NCBI GenBank assembly: GCA_008632985.1
Contig: QPGO01000118.1
Coordinates: 186,001-223,223 of the forward strand
Reading direction: 5' to 3'
Length of the DNA: 37,223 nucleotides
Source: Psammoneis japonica
Taxonomy: Eukaryota
Position numbers and translations under genes: made by a program. The notes under the pieces are model-generated. The model did no database searches. It saw nothing but the letters and a program-made list of their open reading frames with translations, and was not told the origin of the DNA. Shown one piece after another: positions 1 through 11,189 of the stretch (its first letter is position 1; each line of letters starts with the position of its first letter).

Positions 1-275
1 CAGAGAAAATGGGATCGTGCGAATGGGGAATCTTGCCAAATCCCCATTCGTTTGCACTTGGATCACATTAAATTGATCGTGCGCTTGCATTGTGGATCGT
101 GCGAATCAAGCCATCACGCGCCATGCACGAGTGATGTCATCGTGTGGAATCACGCTACCATCGTGGGCCAGACGACGGGCTGGTGTGCTTCACACGGATG
201 CTCTCTTAGCATCCTTCTGGAATTGCCTGAGACCTAGAGCCACGCCCTCCTGTGGTCGTGCTTCCCAGGTGCGTG

Positions 276-629
276 TCAACAATGCTGCTTTGCCATGCAC
301 AAGAGGCTTGTGCACGGTCTCGCCGTGTTGTCCAGCAGCGAGGCACACTGCAAAAGAGATGTTCCGCTGGATGGGGAAGATGATTGGGTTGTGCGGCGCA
401 ACTGTGTCAATGGGGGAGGGAGACCAGATGCAGCAGTGCAGTGCCGAGACAGGTGATGCTGCACATTGTTTTCGGAGTCAAATCCACGTTGTCCACAATG
501 AGGACAACTGAAAGACTTGGTGGGAATGGTGGAACGGAGGCAGCCAGTTGCAATGTGCCTGCTGAGACCACGTTTGGAAAAGAAACCAGTTCGTTCACAC
601 CAAGGACAAACAAGACCATCAGACAACAT
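276..629 (-). pseudogene. Degenerate ORF with two C2H2/C2HC-like zinc fingers, probably transposon-derived
   Basis: VCPWCERTGFFSKRGLSRHIATGC and FSCPHCGQRGFDSENNVQHHLSRHC (CxxC-F-L-H spacing twice); ATG at 629; lies in the mutated domain. Confidence 0.5.
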
Positions 630-1020
630 GGCCAATGCACAGAGACAAAGGAGTTGAGAAGAGAATCAAAAGGAAACAGTGTGTGCAGCAACAATCACTT
701 GGGGATTTGGTGAGGGTGGAAAGATGTGAAGAGAAACAAGGTGCGATTGATGGGGGAAGGCGTCATGGCTGGACAGGACAGAAGGATGGAATGGGCAGGG
801 AGAGAAAGTTTAGAAGACTGCCTTGACGAATGCATGCGACAATTTTGATCCAGAAAGTTGATTGACACACAATCCAGAAATCAACATGGAACTGAACAAA
901 CACATGAGGCTTGTTGGATGGGGGGGGGGGGGGGGGGGGGGGGGTTGAATGGTTGAATTGGGGAGTGCAGATGTTTGTTGTTGAACATTTCACAAATGCT
1001 GACTTGACAAATCAGCATGA

Positions 1021-1700
1021 TCATGGATTGGGGGGAGAGCATGTCGGGTTTAATTTCAAGCAATCTTGACGGCTGGTGCGACACCTGGATTGTTGGTGTC
1101 CCAGATGTGACTTCATCACATGCACTTTCTGTGTGGCATCCCGGATGGTTTCAGAAAAGCTGTGCTTGTGAACCTCATCACATGATGAGGGGGAGAGCTC
1201 CTCCATGCCCCTGTCATGCTTGAGGTGTTTGATCCCTTGACAATGAGTTTGCCATCCTTTGCAACTTCCAAACAAAATTCATGATTGCAGCTGTCAACAT
1301 TCTCAGCATGGGCAATTGCCTCTTTGAAAAGAGTGCAAACAGGGTGAGTTTTGACAGTTGAAACCATGTGCACACAATTGAACAATGGAGTCCAAGAATG
1401 AGAGTGAAGCTTGAGTTGCTGCTCAATCAGCACAACAAACTCAAAAACAAACATGACAACATCCCAACTCACCATCTTGCTGCCTGTGCTGATGATGATG
1501 ATCAAATTGAGTGCATGTAAAACTTTTTTGCAAGAAGTCCCAAGTGTTGAATTCCCCAGCTCTCACTTGGCAGTCTTCAAGCCATTTTTGCACTTTGCAC
1601 CAGCAACTGGTTCCCAAGGAGGCATTGTGGTGAATCTTGTTGTTCTTCCTTCTTCCTCTTCTTCTTTCCAGCTTGTTGCTTGCTTGGACAGCCCACTGGA
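1021..1700 (-). pseudogene. Decayed relative of the Crinkler-like gene, sharing its intron (1322-1472)
   Basis: 1322-1500 aligns to 7792-7975; exon end HHHQHRQQD|G versus QQQQHRRQD|G; donor GTGAG at 1472, acceptor TTTTCAAAG at 1322; the flanking exons differ from those of the intact gene. Outer limits approximate. Confidence 0.7.
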
Positions 1701-2395
1701 AATTGCAAAATTCAGACTTGGGCATGCTGGTGCCCAAACAAGAAACAACAGCAACACACGCATAAATTTTTGCATGACCCCAGTGTGCATGATGCATGCA
1801 TGACATCTGCTGCATGTTCAGCACCAGACTCCACAAGGGAAAAAACAGACAGATGCAAGGGGGGAGAGATCCGTGATGACCAGAAATGTGTGGTGGGAAT
1901 GAAAGTGCAGTGACAGCCAAGTTGCCCACCCTCCTGCATTGAGAAGCCTCTGAGTGGCCATCATGTGCTGTTGCATGCTGCAAAGTTGTGCACACATTCT
2001 GCACAGATGTGACATCACAAAAAACCATGTTGGGGAATGAGCACACATTTTTTTGCACATGCTCCACACAAGCACTGCGAGGTCTCTCTTGTGTGACCTC
2101 ACTGTGCAAGCCATCAACCAGGTCCACAATTTCAAACATTGATCATCTTGGAGAGTCAAATCAAATTATGACTCCATTCTGTGGCAAGTCTGCTTTCCTG
2201 CAGAAGGCAAACATCACCATGGAAGAATGACACCAATTTCAAAGCACTGCAAACACCACCACTGTTGTCTTGCACCAATCCACATTGACTCACTTTGCCT
2301 CCAGTGGGTTGATTGGTGTTGCAATTCACAAGGGGCCCACTCACCCCATGAGCATTCACACCACAGGTGGAACAACTCACACCATCAACAGTCTG

Positions 2396-2612
2396 CTCAA
2401 ATTGTTGATGTTGTGTGCCTGTGCAGGACAAACCTCAACTTGTTTCCTCGCAATTCTGCAACATGTCCCTCATCACATTTGTTTTGATTGTCATCATGCA
2501 ACCTCAAATTGTTGATGTTGTGCCTGTGCAGCAGGACAAACCTCAGCTTGTTCCCAATCCTGCAACATGTCCCTCTCATTGCATTTGTTTTGATTGTCAT
2601 TGTGCAACCTCA
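2396..2612. repeat. Tandem duplication, ~107-bp unit x2
   Basis: ctcaaattgttgatgttgtg...gttttgattgtcat..tgcaac starts at 2396 and 2503; a third ctca starts at 2609. Confidence 0.9.
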
Positions 2613-2949
2613 TGGGACAGCATCTCATGCCTTGCCTGAAGGCTCAACACTCATCACTTTGTTAAAATTTCTTGGTCTTGTGTGCCTCAACACCATGCAG
2701 AACTCAGGCCATCAAATGGGGAGAACATTGCAGTTGCAGCAGACATGCACTTGTCATGATGCGATTCTTTGCTCCATGTTTTCTTGGTCTCACACACCTC
2801 TCACATTGGGTTGTGCCTCCCCACCCACCACCTCCCCACCCACCACAGCTTGTGCCATGTGTTCTCAAACTCACTTGTGAGCCATTTGTTCACTCTGCAA
2901 AGGACAGAAAGTGCAGCTTCCTGTCACATTCAAACTCAATGATCAACAG

Positions 2950-5260
2950 ACTCATGGTCTGAACTGCTCAACCCTGGCCCTGCTCAGCAGTTTCAGTCCT
3001 TGGCCAGTTTCCTGCAGCCAACTGCGTTGCTTGGCCACATCAATGTCACACCATGGGCGGCCATCACAGAGGTGTGGGCCTTGAGCCACCCCACTCTGTC
3101 TGCATTCCTTCCACTCTCTCAACTCTTTTTGTTGCTGCAAGGGCTTGCATGGAACAGAATTGTTGATCTGCACACCACACTGCATTGCCTCTGCATCCCA
3201 ACCAGCAACACTTGTTGCAAGTTTGGGGAGAACAAGTTGGTTGCAGACAGTGCTGCCATCCCACACTCCAAGTTGCACAAGTTCCATGGCATTCACGAGG
3301 CAACTGCCTCCAGTTTTCTCAAGCTCCCCTTTGTTGAAGGCTCCTGCAGCCCTGCTGGCATTTTCAGCAAGCACTGGGGCAACTCCCAGATCTGGAATCT
3401 TCTCTGTTCTCTCATTTTACTTTGATCCTGAGGCCTTCAGCCGCTCCAATCTCAACTCCACTTCTGTGCCCCCCTCTTGAGCAAAATGGGGAGTGACAGG
3501 ATTTGAACAGGATTCAGTTGTTTGCGCTGTGTCAGTTTGTTGCACACAGACACCTGTGCTCTTGGTTCCACGCATTGCTGTTTGATGCAGTTTTGCTCTC
3601 AAACCCACACACATGGCTCACAAAAATGATCTCAGGTCACCCCTGCACAGACAGTGGATTGCTCTCAGGTTGTGAGCTTCACTTTCGTGAGCAACAAAAC
3701 AAACGAGTGCTTGCAAATGACAACATGTGATTTGTGCACTTCTGGGCACCTCTGCCACACACCAGCATGAAATGAAACAACAATGCTCACAATTGCATGA
3801 CCACATCAACACTGCTGGCAGACCTGATTTTGAATGAGAATGCTGCTGTTGCTCTGTCAACATCAATTGTGGGCCTTCATTGCTCTCATTGTCAACATTT
3901 GACAATGTGCTGGGTGTGGCGTGGCACATTTCATGCTTGCACAAGACCTGCGTGAGAGTTGTGCCATCTGCTTCTGCACTGGGTTGGATGCTGCATGCAC
4001 ACTGGAGCCTGCCATGCAAGACTTGAGAATGCCCTTGCCACCAAGCTCTGTCACTCCTCCAACAACATTCACCTTGAGCCTGCAAATCCAGTTTCCACCC
4101 AACCACTTGTCTGCCCCGCCAATGTCAGCATTTCCGTGCCACCTCCTGCTTCTTTTTCTAAGCTCCCTCCTGCTGCCACCACTGTGTTGCAGTTGACTCC
4201 CAAGCTCCTTCTCACCCTCCTCACAGTCTGCCCACTCCCTCTTCCAATGATTTGACTGGGGCACACCACTTGAGTGTGAGAACAAAGTTTCTTGGACCCT
4301 CTGGCCACCTCTGCTGATGGATCCCTCACAATTGCCTCACTCAATGATGATGGCATCTTCCTCCTCACTTTCACTGTTGAGACCACCTTGGTGGCCTTGG
4401 CTTCTTCTGCCATCAATTTAACTTTGGCTCTTTGCTTTCCTCCACTTGCTGTTGGCCCAAGCCTCCTTGGTCCTCCTCCTCTGACCTGCTCTGCAACTCT
4501 GACACTTCCCATTGCACCTTTCTCCATGCCCTGACCTCTCCATCCACCCTCCTTCCTTCTGCTGATTTTGCCTGGAACCACCTTTCCAGTGATGCATGAT
4601 TCTGCCTCTCCCTCTCAATGGGCCCTTCAAATGCCAGGGCATGGCCTGGCATGCCATCTTTCCATGATGCCCTTTGCTTTGCCTCCTCCCTTCACACTGA
4701 CTCATCTTCCATCCCTTCTGCCAAATGCCCCACATGCTGCATCATGCGCCCCTGCCACTCTTCCACTGCTGCAGCTGTTTCCCTGCCTCCTTCCATTCTC
4801 ACTTGGTTCAAAGCCACTTCTCCACCAGCTGGCAGCTCACTTCTTCTTTTCATCAATGGCAACTCACTTGTCAATGAGCAGAGAGCAAGCTTGCTTGCAT
4901 CACAGCGCACCCTTGTGGCTCTCCTGCTGGAGCTCTGCATCTCTGGGCTCCTCAAAGATTGCTCGTGGCTTGCACCACAACCAACCAGAGACACAGCTCT
5001 GCAGGGAGCACATCATCAGCCACAAGAGAACGAGTGACAGAAGACAGAGAGCAATCGTCAGGCGATTGCTCCAAAATTGTCTTTCGGCAACAGAGCTGCC
5101 AGCACTGAGTGAACGTTGGATCGCATGGATTCATGTGAACAAGTTTGAAGGGCAAGTCCCCTCCAAAATTTGCCTGCTCAGCCGATTGCGGTCCCTGAAG
5201 AAAATCCAATCAGCACTTGCGACTGTTGTACAGGGTGCTGTGATGGTGACGAAAAGTGCC
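2950..5260 (-). mobile_element. Unclassified decayed coding element (possible retroelement ORF1/gag-like remnant)
   Basis: Broken minus-strand frames with charged protein-like text (e.g. QQKELREWKECRQSGVAQGP, ERERQNHASLERWFQAK); no diagnostic motif recognised. Confidence 0.3.
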
Positions 5261-5686
5261 ATCCAGTGAATTAGCAGGGATAGATGGGATGTAAAGCAGT
5301 AGATTTCAGCATGCGTGATTTAGTACATTTTGATGAGTTGGATCTCTATTAATGTTCGAGTCTAGCTAGGTGCTGGTGCCATTCCAGGATTCGCACTCCT
5401 ATCATCCTTGGATGAAGCTTTCGCATAAACTACTTGACCGAGTCGCCCACGCCCCAAAATTGTACGAACTAAAGCAGCTGCTGCATAGGATCCCAAGCGG
5501 AAGGTAAATGTCCCAAAAAAGCAGCCAGCGAGTTACACCGGGGCAGAAGTTTCAGTTGAATAAGACACGTTGCCACAGACAACGGACACCATCAAGGGTA
5601 CTGAGGCAGTCAAACGAGCTTGTTTCGTCGAACCATCACTGCCGTAGACACGTGCGACGATGCCCGCAGCGGCTCGAGAGAGAAAG

Positions 5687-8160
5687 TTATTTACACGGCG
5701 TACCACCGGGATACGGCTTTGTCCCATCATCACGAATCACCGCAGATGCGAGTTCGTGGACAAGAGCGTTTACGTCACCTGAATTGCTGTGGTCGGCGCA
5801 AAGAAAACGGGCGATTGTGGGACAAGATACTTCATTAACCACCGCGACAGCAGTCTCCAAGTTTCTTGGATGTTCTGCATACCCCTCATGATTGAACTCG
5901 TGCTCACATGCAAAGACGGCCGTAAAGAAGAAGTCCGATTTAGTTCCTGCATGCTCAGAAGCTTTCGCGAAGAACGCTTCACAATATCCCTTCAGTTTTG
6001 CTCGGTCATTCTTGTATCCCGTTTTGCATTCCACTATGACGTACGCAGCCTTGAAACCAGCCGGGACTTCAATTGAGTATGCAAAGTCTATCCATCGATT
6101 TTGATGAGAGTTGTGCTGGTCCAAAACGATCCATGTATAGTTCGTTGTGTCACCGCCGGCAATCTTCTCATAGACTTTTGGGCAAGAGAGTGGAACTGCG
6201 CCAATGCATTCCGAGAGACGCTTGCGATTAGGCGGCATCAGCGCATCAAATTCTGAACGAGGAGACGAAATATCGTAGGCCACCAGCCATTCAAACAAAC
6301 GGCCTTTGATTCCAAACTGAAGGACTCCACTGACGCGGAGGAAAGATATAACAGTGTTGCAGCTGTGTCCTGAGTTCGTACGGGCAAGCAGTCGTTCAAG
6401 GAGCTCGAGAACACATCCAGCGGGGTAGAAGATTGAAATATCGCTCCCCATCATTTCCTTCACGTTGAGCCCGCCACCCGCAATATAAGACTTCTCAGTC
6501 TCGGAACAGTTTTTGAGTATTGCGATGCCGTTGACTATCATCTCAGAGTTGATATCCAGAATCTTTGCGAAGACAGTGCATGCAACTGAAGATACGTTGA
6601 TAGTTTCTCCTCCCATGTTTCCAGCAATTTGTCGACTCATTGCACTAAGTGCCGAGTGATACGCATCATCAACAAGGGAGGGATCAGCGATGCCCTCGCC
6701 TCGTTTGTCCCACAAAGCACAGAAAAATCGTTCGGTAAAGCGTCGGTTGTGGCGACAGCGTTCCAGATATTTCTCGTTGTCTTCAGCGAAAAATGGCATG
6801 AGCTCATATTTCCTCGCAAGCTGGCATACAAAGTCACGAGAAAAAGATCCCTCCATCGGTATCAATTCTGTTTTCACTTGACTGCCCACATTGATCTGTG
6901 TGTCCGAGAAGATATTGGTGCCTGTCATTACAAACTTGAGCCACGAACGTTGGTTCTCCCCATGTTTGTTGATCAACGCATCACATTCTTTGGCCAGGGT
7001 GGTCACAAGGGAATTATCTCTGTCTCCGCCATCACTTGGAGCTCTCATAATCGATTGAATTTCATCAAAATGAAGCACCAGCACCTTTCTCTCTAGAGGT
7101 ATCGCATTCGTTTCGCAGTCGCAGAGTGTTGCTACCCATTTCAAGAGGAACTGCTTTACCTCCCTCATCGTGGACAAGTTCGCGTTAGACATCTTGAATT
7201 TGTGATACTCCAAACCAAGACTATGAGCTGCTTCTTGTACAGTCCGGGTCTTTCCTGCCCCGGGCATCGCAAATATCAGAGCAAGCGTTTTCACCTCCGA
7301 AGCCAACGGCTTTGTTCTTTCTTCTCTTCCCTGCTGGAAGAACAATCGTAACGAACGGATCACCTCGTCTTCGTACAACTCTGGTATAGCTGCATTGAAA
7401 GGATTCTCGCGAAATAGGTTTTGGATACATTCAGCGAAATTCGACTCCTCCTCGGCCTGGATACCGGTACTAATGTATTCGTCGCTAATAGGACTTGATG
7501 TAGGAGTACGGTAAGGCGACAACTGAAACATAATCCCGAAGCTGGGGTCACCCTCAGCATAATTTGCCGTATTTTTGGGATTGTCGCTCAATTTTTCCCA
7601 ACCCATAAGCATTTTTACCGTGACACACGCAGAGTCAACGGTCCGTTCAAGGCCCGTCGCCTCCCAGAACTCACCCACAGTCGATGGAAAACGCTTATCG
7701 TGGAACTTAATAACATTCGTGACTGACAAATTGTGGTTTCTTACGAAGACAGTAAACATGCCAGTCCGCTGCTGCTGCTGCAGTGAAGCTACTTTGAAAA
7801 GAATAGACAAGTACAAACAGTATGAGTTTTTATAGTTGAAACCGTATGTGCGACGAAACAATAGAATCCAAGAACGAGAATGAAGCTCGAATCGCTGTTC
7901 AACCAGCACAATGAATTCGAAAACAAGCGACAACATCTCGACTTACCATCTTGCCGTCGATGCTGCTGCTGCTGCGGACCAATTGTGTATTTGCCGCCAT
8001 CCTCAAGCGATTCAAAGCCCGAAATTTCGTATCCTTCAACGTCGATCAAGCATCGTACCCCACGCCCGTGAATCCACGTGCGGAACTCTTCATCGTTGCT
8101 TAATATTGCTTTGCTCTCTTCACCACTCGCGTCTACTACTCTAATCCTCTTTGGCGCCAT
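5687..8160 (-). CDS. Crinkler/RHS (CR)-like protein: N-terminal header + P-loop NTPase + PD-(D/E)xK nuclease-like domain; exons 8160-7947 and 7791-5687, ~772 aa
   Basis: ATG at 8160; phase-1 intron 7946-7792 (GTAAGT...TTTTCAAAG) joins QD-V-ASL in frame; Walker A AMPGAGKT, Walker B LVLHFDEIQ; C-terminal WIDFAY...VIVECKTG. Confidence 0.8.
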
Positions 8161-10099
8161 TGTAAATAGACAGCAATCTCAACAGTAGAAACGGCAGCAG
8201 CAAAAGCGTTATCGAATAAATGTACCAGAGTCTACGTGGTAATCTTTCTACGGTTTTCGCGCGTAGGATGCAGGCTTCGCACAACGCGCGGAAGCGACGA
8301 CAACACACAAGACGACAACACTCAAGACGACACATTCATCATCGTTGGTCGTTGGCACTGTAACACAAATCGGCTGCGTATCGTCGTCGTATTAATCGCG
8401 ACAGTGTCAACAATGAACCAAGAGCGGCATTGTGTGTGAAGCATGCGAACACTCATTCGTTCTGCTTCTTTCTGTTTGCGCTTGTTCTTTGTTCTTGTGG
8501 GTTTGGTTTCGCGTCGGCATTGTTGTTGGTGGGGCTGGTGCGTTGTTTCTTTCGTTCGTTTCCTTCATCATGTGTCTCTCTTGACCCATTCTCGATAGCT
8601 CTTTGGCAATGGAATGTCTCAAGGGAGAGGTGAAGCTTTGACAGCAACTTGTCGGGGAGTGTGGCTTGATTTTGGGGCGGCTTGTTTGCAAGAGAATTCC
8701 TCGTGTCACAGCTTCCACAGGAAACAAAATGCACTTGCTGGTTTCTACACTGCCTGCCAAAAAAGGCACTCCTAAGATCCAAGTCTTGGGCGATGTTGCT
8801 TTGTTCAAACTTTCCCACAATGTTTGTCTCACAGACATTGCTTTCCCTTTCCTGAACATTCCCACCAAACCACCATTGTGCGCGGCAAACATGCACTGAA
8901 TGGCTCCCGCACTTGATTCTTGGTGATTGACATCACAAATGGTTGATTGGAGGGCAGCCTTCATGGCATTCCGACAATCAAGGCGTGAGATTCCCCCTTC
9001 TAGAGCATCGCGCCATCGGCGGGTGGTGGATCCGCAGCAGCCGTTGTCGATTTGCTCGACATTGTCGTCATTTGGACCGCAAACAACCAAATCTTCCGGC
9101 ATGAGACGCAGTTAAAATTTCATGGCAATGTCTGTTGATCTGCAGTGTCTGAAGTTCTGACTCTCATTGCAGGTTGAGCAGCAGCAACGCAAGGTTCGTC
9201 ATTGTCGACAACATGCCGGTGCGGCAGTGACACCATGCCAAGGTTTATTTTGGATCTCAGCCGCACAAGGCGTGTGTGCTCTTCATGCTTCCGCGTGGCT
9301 TTGCCGTGCAAAAAGGCCCGTGGGTTTTTGCGCTTTCACGCGAAAAAGCGAAAACCATGATTTTTCCGCACCCATGCGGTTTTGCGCGATTGCCCCATTC
9401 AAACAAAATTTGCAATGATGAAGAATGCCAAAATGAACTGACAGAACTCTTCCATTTAAAAACAAACACAAACAAATGTGTGCAGTTTCAACAGTGACAG
9501 TTTTGTCTGATGGCATTGCAAGCCCCAGCTGGGACAGACTTTGGACCTGCAGTTTGGGCAATTTTGAAGAGATCTGTGCCTTGCGCTGTACAAACCCGGA
9601 TGACACATCTGAGTGGACCAGGGCAACAGGGTGCAAGAAAGTGACGGACAGACGCATGCATGCTGGGGACGCATTGCCATTTGCTCTGTCAAATTCTGCA
9701 CAATTTGCACCATCCTCAATTGAGGTTTTTACCTCAATTCATTGCAGGTCCTTGGGAGAAGCACCAACTCCTCATCATGGAGATCCTCGCCAAATTTTTG
9801 CCATGTCTGTCGGGCATCAGGTTCATGAATTTTCCCAACCCCTCCCGGCACCGGTTCAGGTGGGCGCACATGCTGTGCTGGACTCGCGAGCACTTGCCGG
9901 TGGAAAAAGCACACGTCAACACACAAGTCGACAGTCAACACAAAATGACCATGATGGTTTCAAATGATTCCTCTCCATCACCTTCCCCCAAAACATCACC
10001 ACTTGATGCATTTAAGAGTGTTTGTGGTGTTTTGTTTCTGTGGCTGTCACAGGCCCATTTCTGCCAAAATTAGAAGTTGTTTACAGACACTCTGTTTCT

Positions 10100-11040
10100 C
10101 ACGCTCCAGCACCGCTCCCACAGGTGCCACAATGAATGCAACGCAGTCAGCACCATTCAGGCTGCTGCCACACCCTGTGCTCTTTGTGCTGCACGTGTTG
10201 CAGCAGGTGACATTGTTTCCATGGGTGTTGTGTCCCCAAAATGTCAAAAGTGCAATTGCACCATCTCACTCTCTATTTTTTGGCACGTTCCAGCGCCTCC
10301 CACAGGTGCTGCAATGAGTGCAATGCAGTCAGCACCATTCAGGCAACTGCCACACCCTGTGCTCTTTGCACCACACGTGTTGCAGCAGGTGATGTTGTTT
10401 CCATGGGTGTCGTGTCCCCAAAACATCAAAAGCACAATTGTGCTGTCTCACTCTCTGTTTTTTGGCACGTTCCAGCACCTCCCACAGGCGCCATGACGAA
10501 CGCAACGCAGTCAGCACCATTCAGGCAACTGCCACACCCTGTGCTCTTTGTGCCACACGTGTTGCAGCAGGTGACATTGTTTCCATGGCTGTCATGTTCC
10601 CAAAATGTCAAAAGCATGATTGCACTGTCTCACTCTCTATTTTTTGGCATGCTCCAGCGCCTCCCACAGGTGCTGCAATGAGTGCAACGCAGTCAGCATC
10701 ATTCAGGCGACTGTCACACCCCATGCTCTTTGCACTGCATGTGTTGCAGCAGGTGACATTGTTTCCATGGGTGTCGTGTCCCCAAAACATCAAAAGCATG
10801 ATTGCACTGTCTCACTCTCTATTTTTTGGCACGTTCCAGCGCCTCCCACAGGTGCTGCAATGAACGCAATGCAGTCAGCACCATTGAGGCAACTGCCACA
10901 CCCCATGCTCGCCCTGCCACACATGTTGAAACAGGTGACATTGTTTCCACATCTGTCATGTTCCCAAAATGTCAAAAGTGCAATCGCGCTGTCTCGCACT
11001 CTGTTTTTTGGCATGCTCCAGTGCCTCCCACAGGCACTGT
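10100..11040. repeat. Tandem array, 182-bp unit, ~5 copies
   Basis: tccagc(g/a)cctcccacagg recurs near 10105, 10289, 10471, 10653, 10835 and 11017; period is not a multiple of 3. Confidence 0.95.
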
Positions 11041-11189
11041 GGTGACGACAAATGCTGCTGTGTGATTTTACACTTCATGATGCGTTGCACCATCTGCCAG
11101 TGAATCTTGCGTCCAAGGGACTCCAAAGGTGCCAAAAGGAACTTGCGCTGAATGCTGAGAGAGTTCGGTGTTCAAGATTGAAGGCTGGC

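Larger units (their letters stand above)
1..5265. other. TpA-depleted, TG/CA-rich degenerate domain 1 (decayed elements and pseudogenes)
   Basis: About 10 TpA in 241-5260 by hand count versus about 12 in the 180 bp at 5281-5460; CpG also scarce over ~1100-4900; six-frame ORFs are Cys/His-rich and Tyr-free. Confidence 0.9.

Noticed and set aside
920..944. Poly-G run of ~25 nt (also ~14 nt at 19790-19803) as a functional G-quadruplex
   Set aside because: Homopolymers in decayed DNA with unreliable length; no supporting context.
7792..7946. N-terminus of the 749-aa ORF (MLSLVFEF...)
   Set aside because: Read-through of an intron; the real start is ATG 8160 in exon 1.
8407..10050. Ulp1 protease cargo of the MULE
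   Set aside because: No recognisable HW...D...Q...DCG motif.
10047..11014. Repeated Cys-rich protein domain encoded by the 182-bp array
   Set aside because: The period is not divisible by 3, and many Cys codons are probable mutation products.
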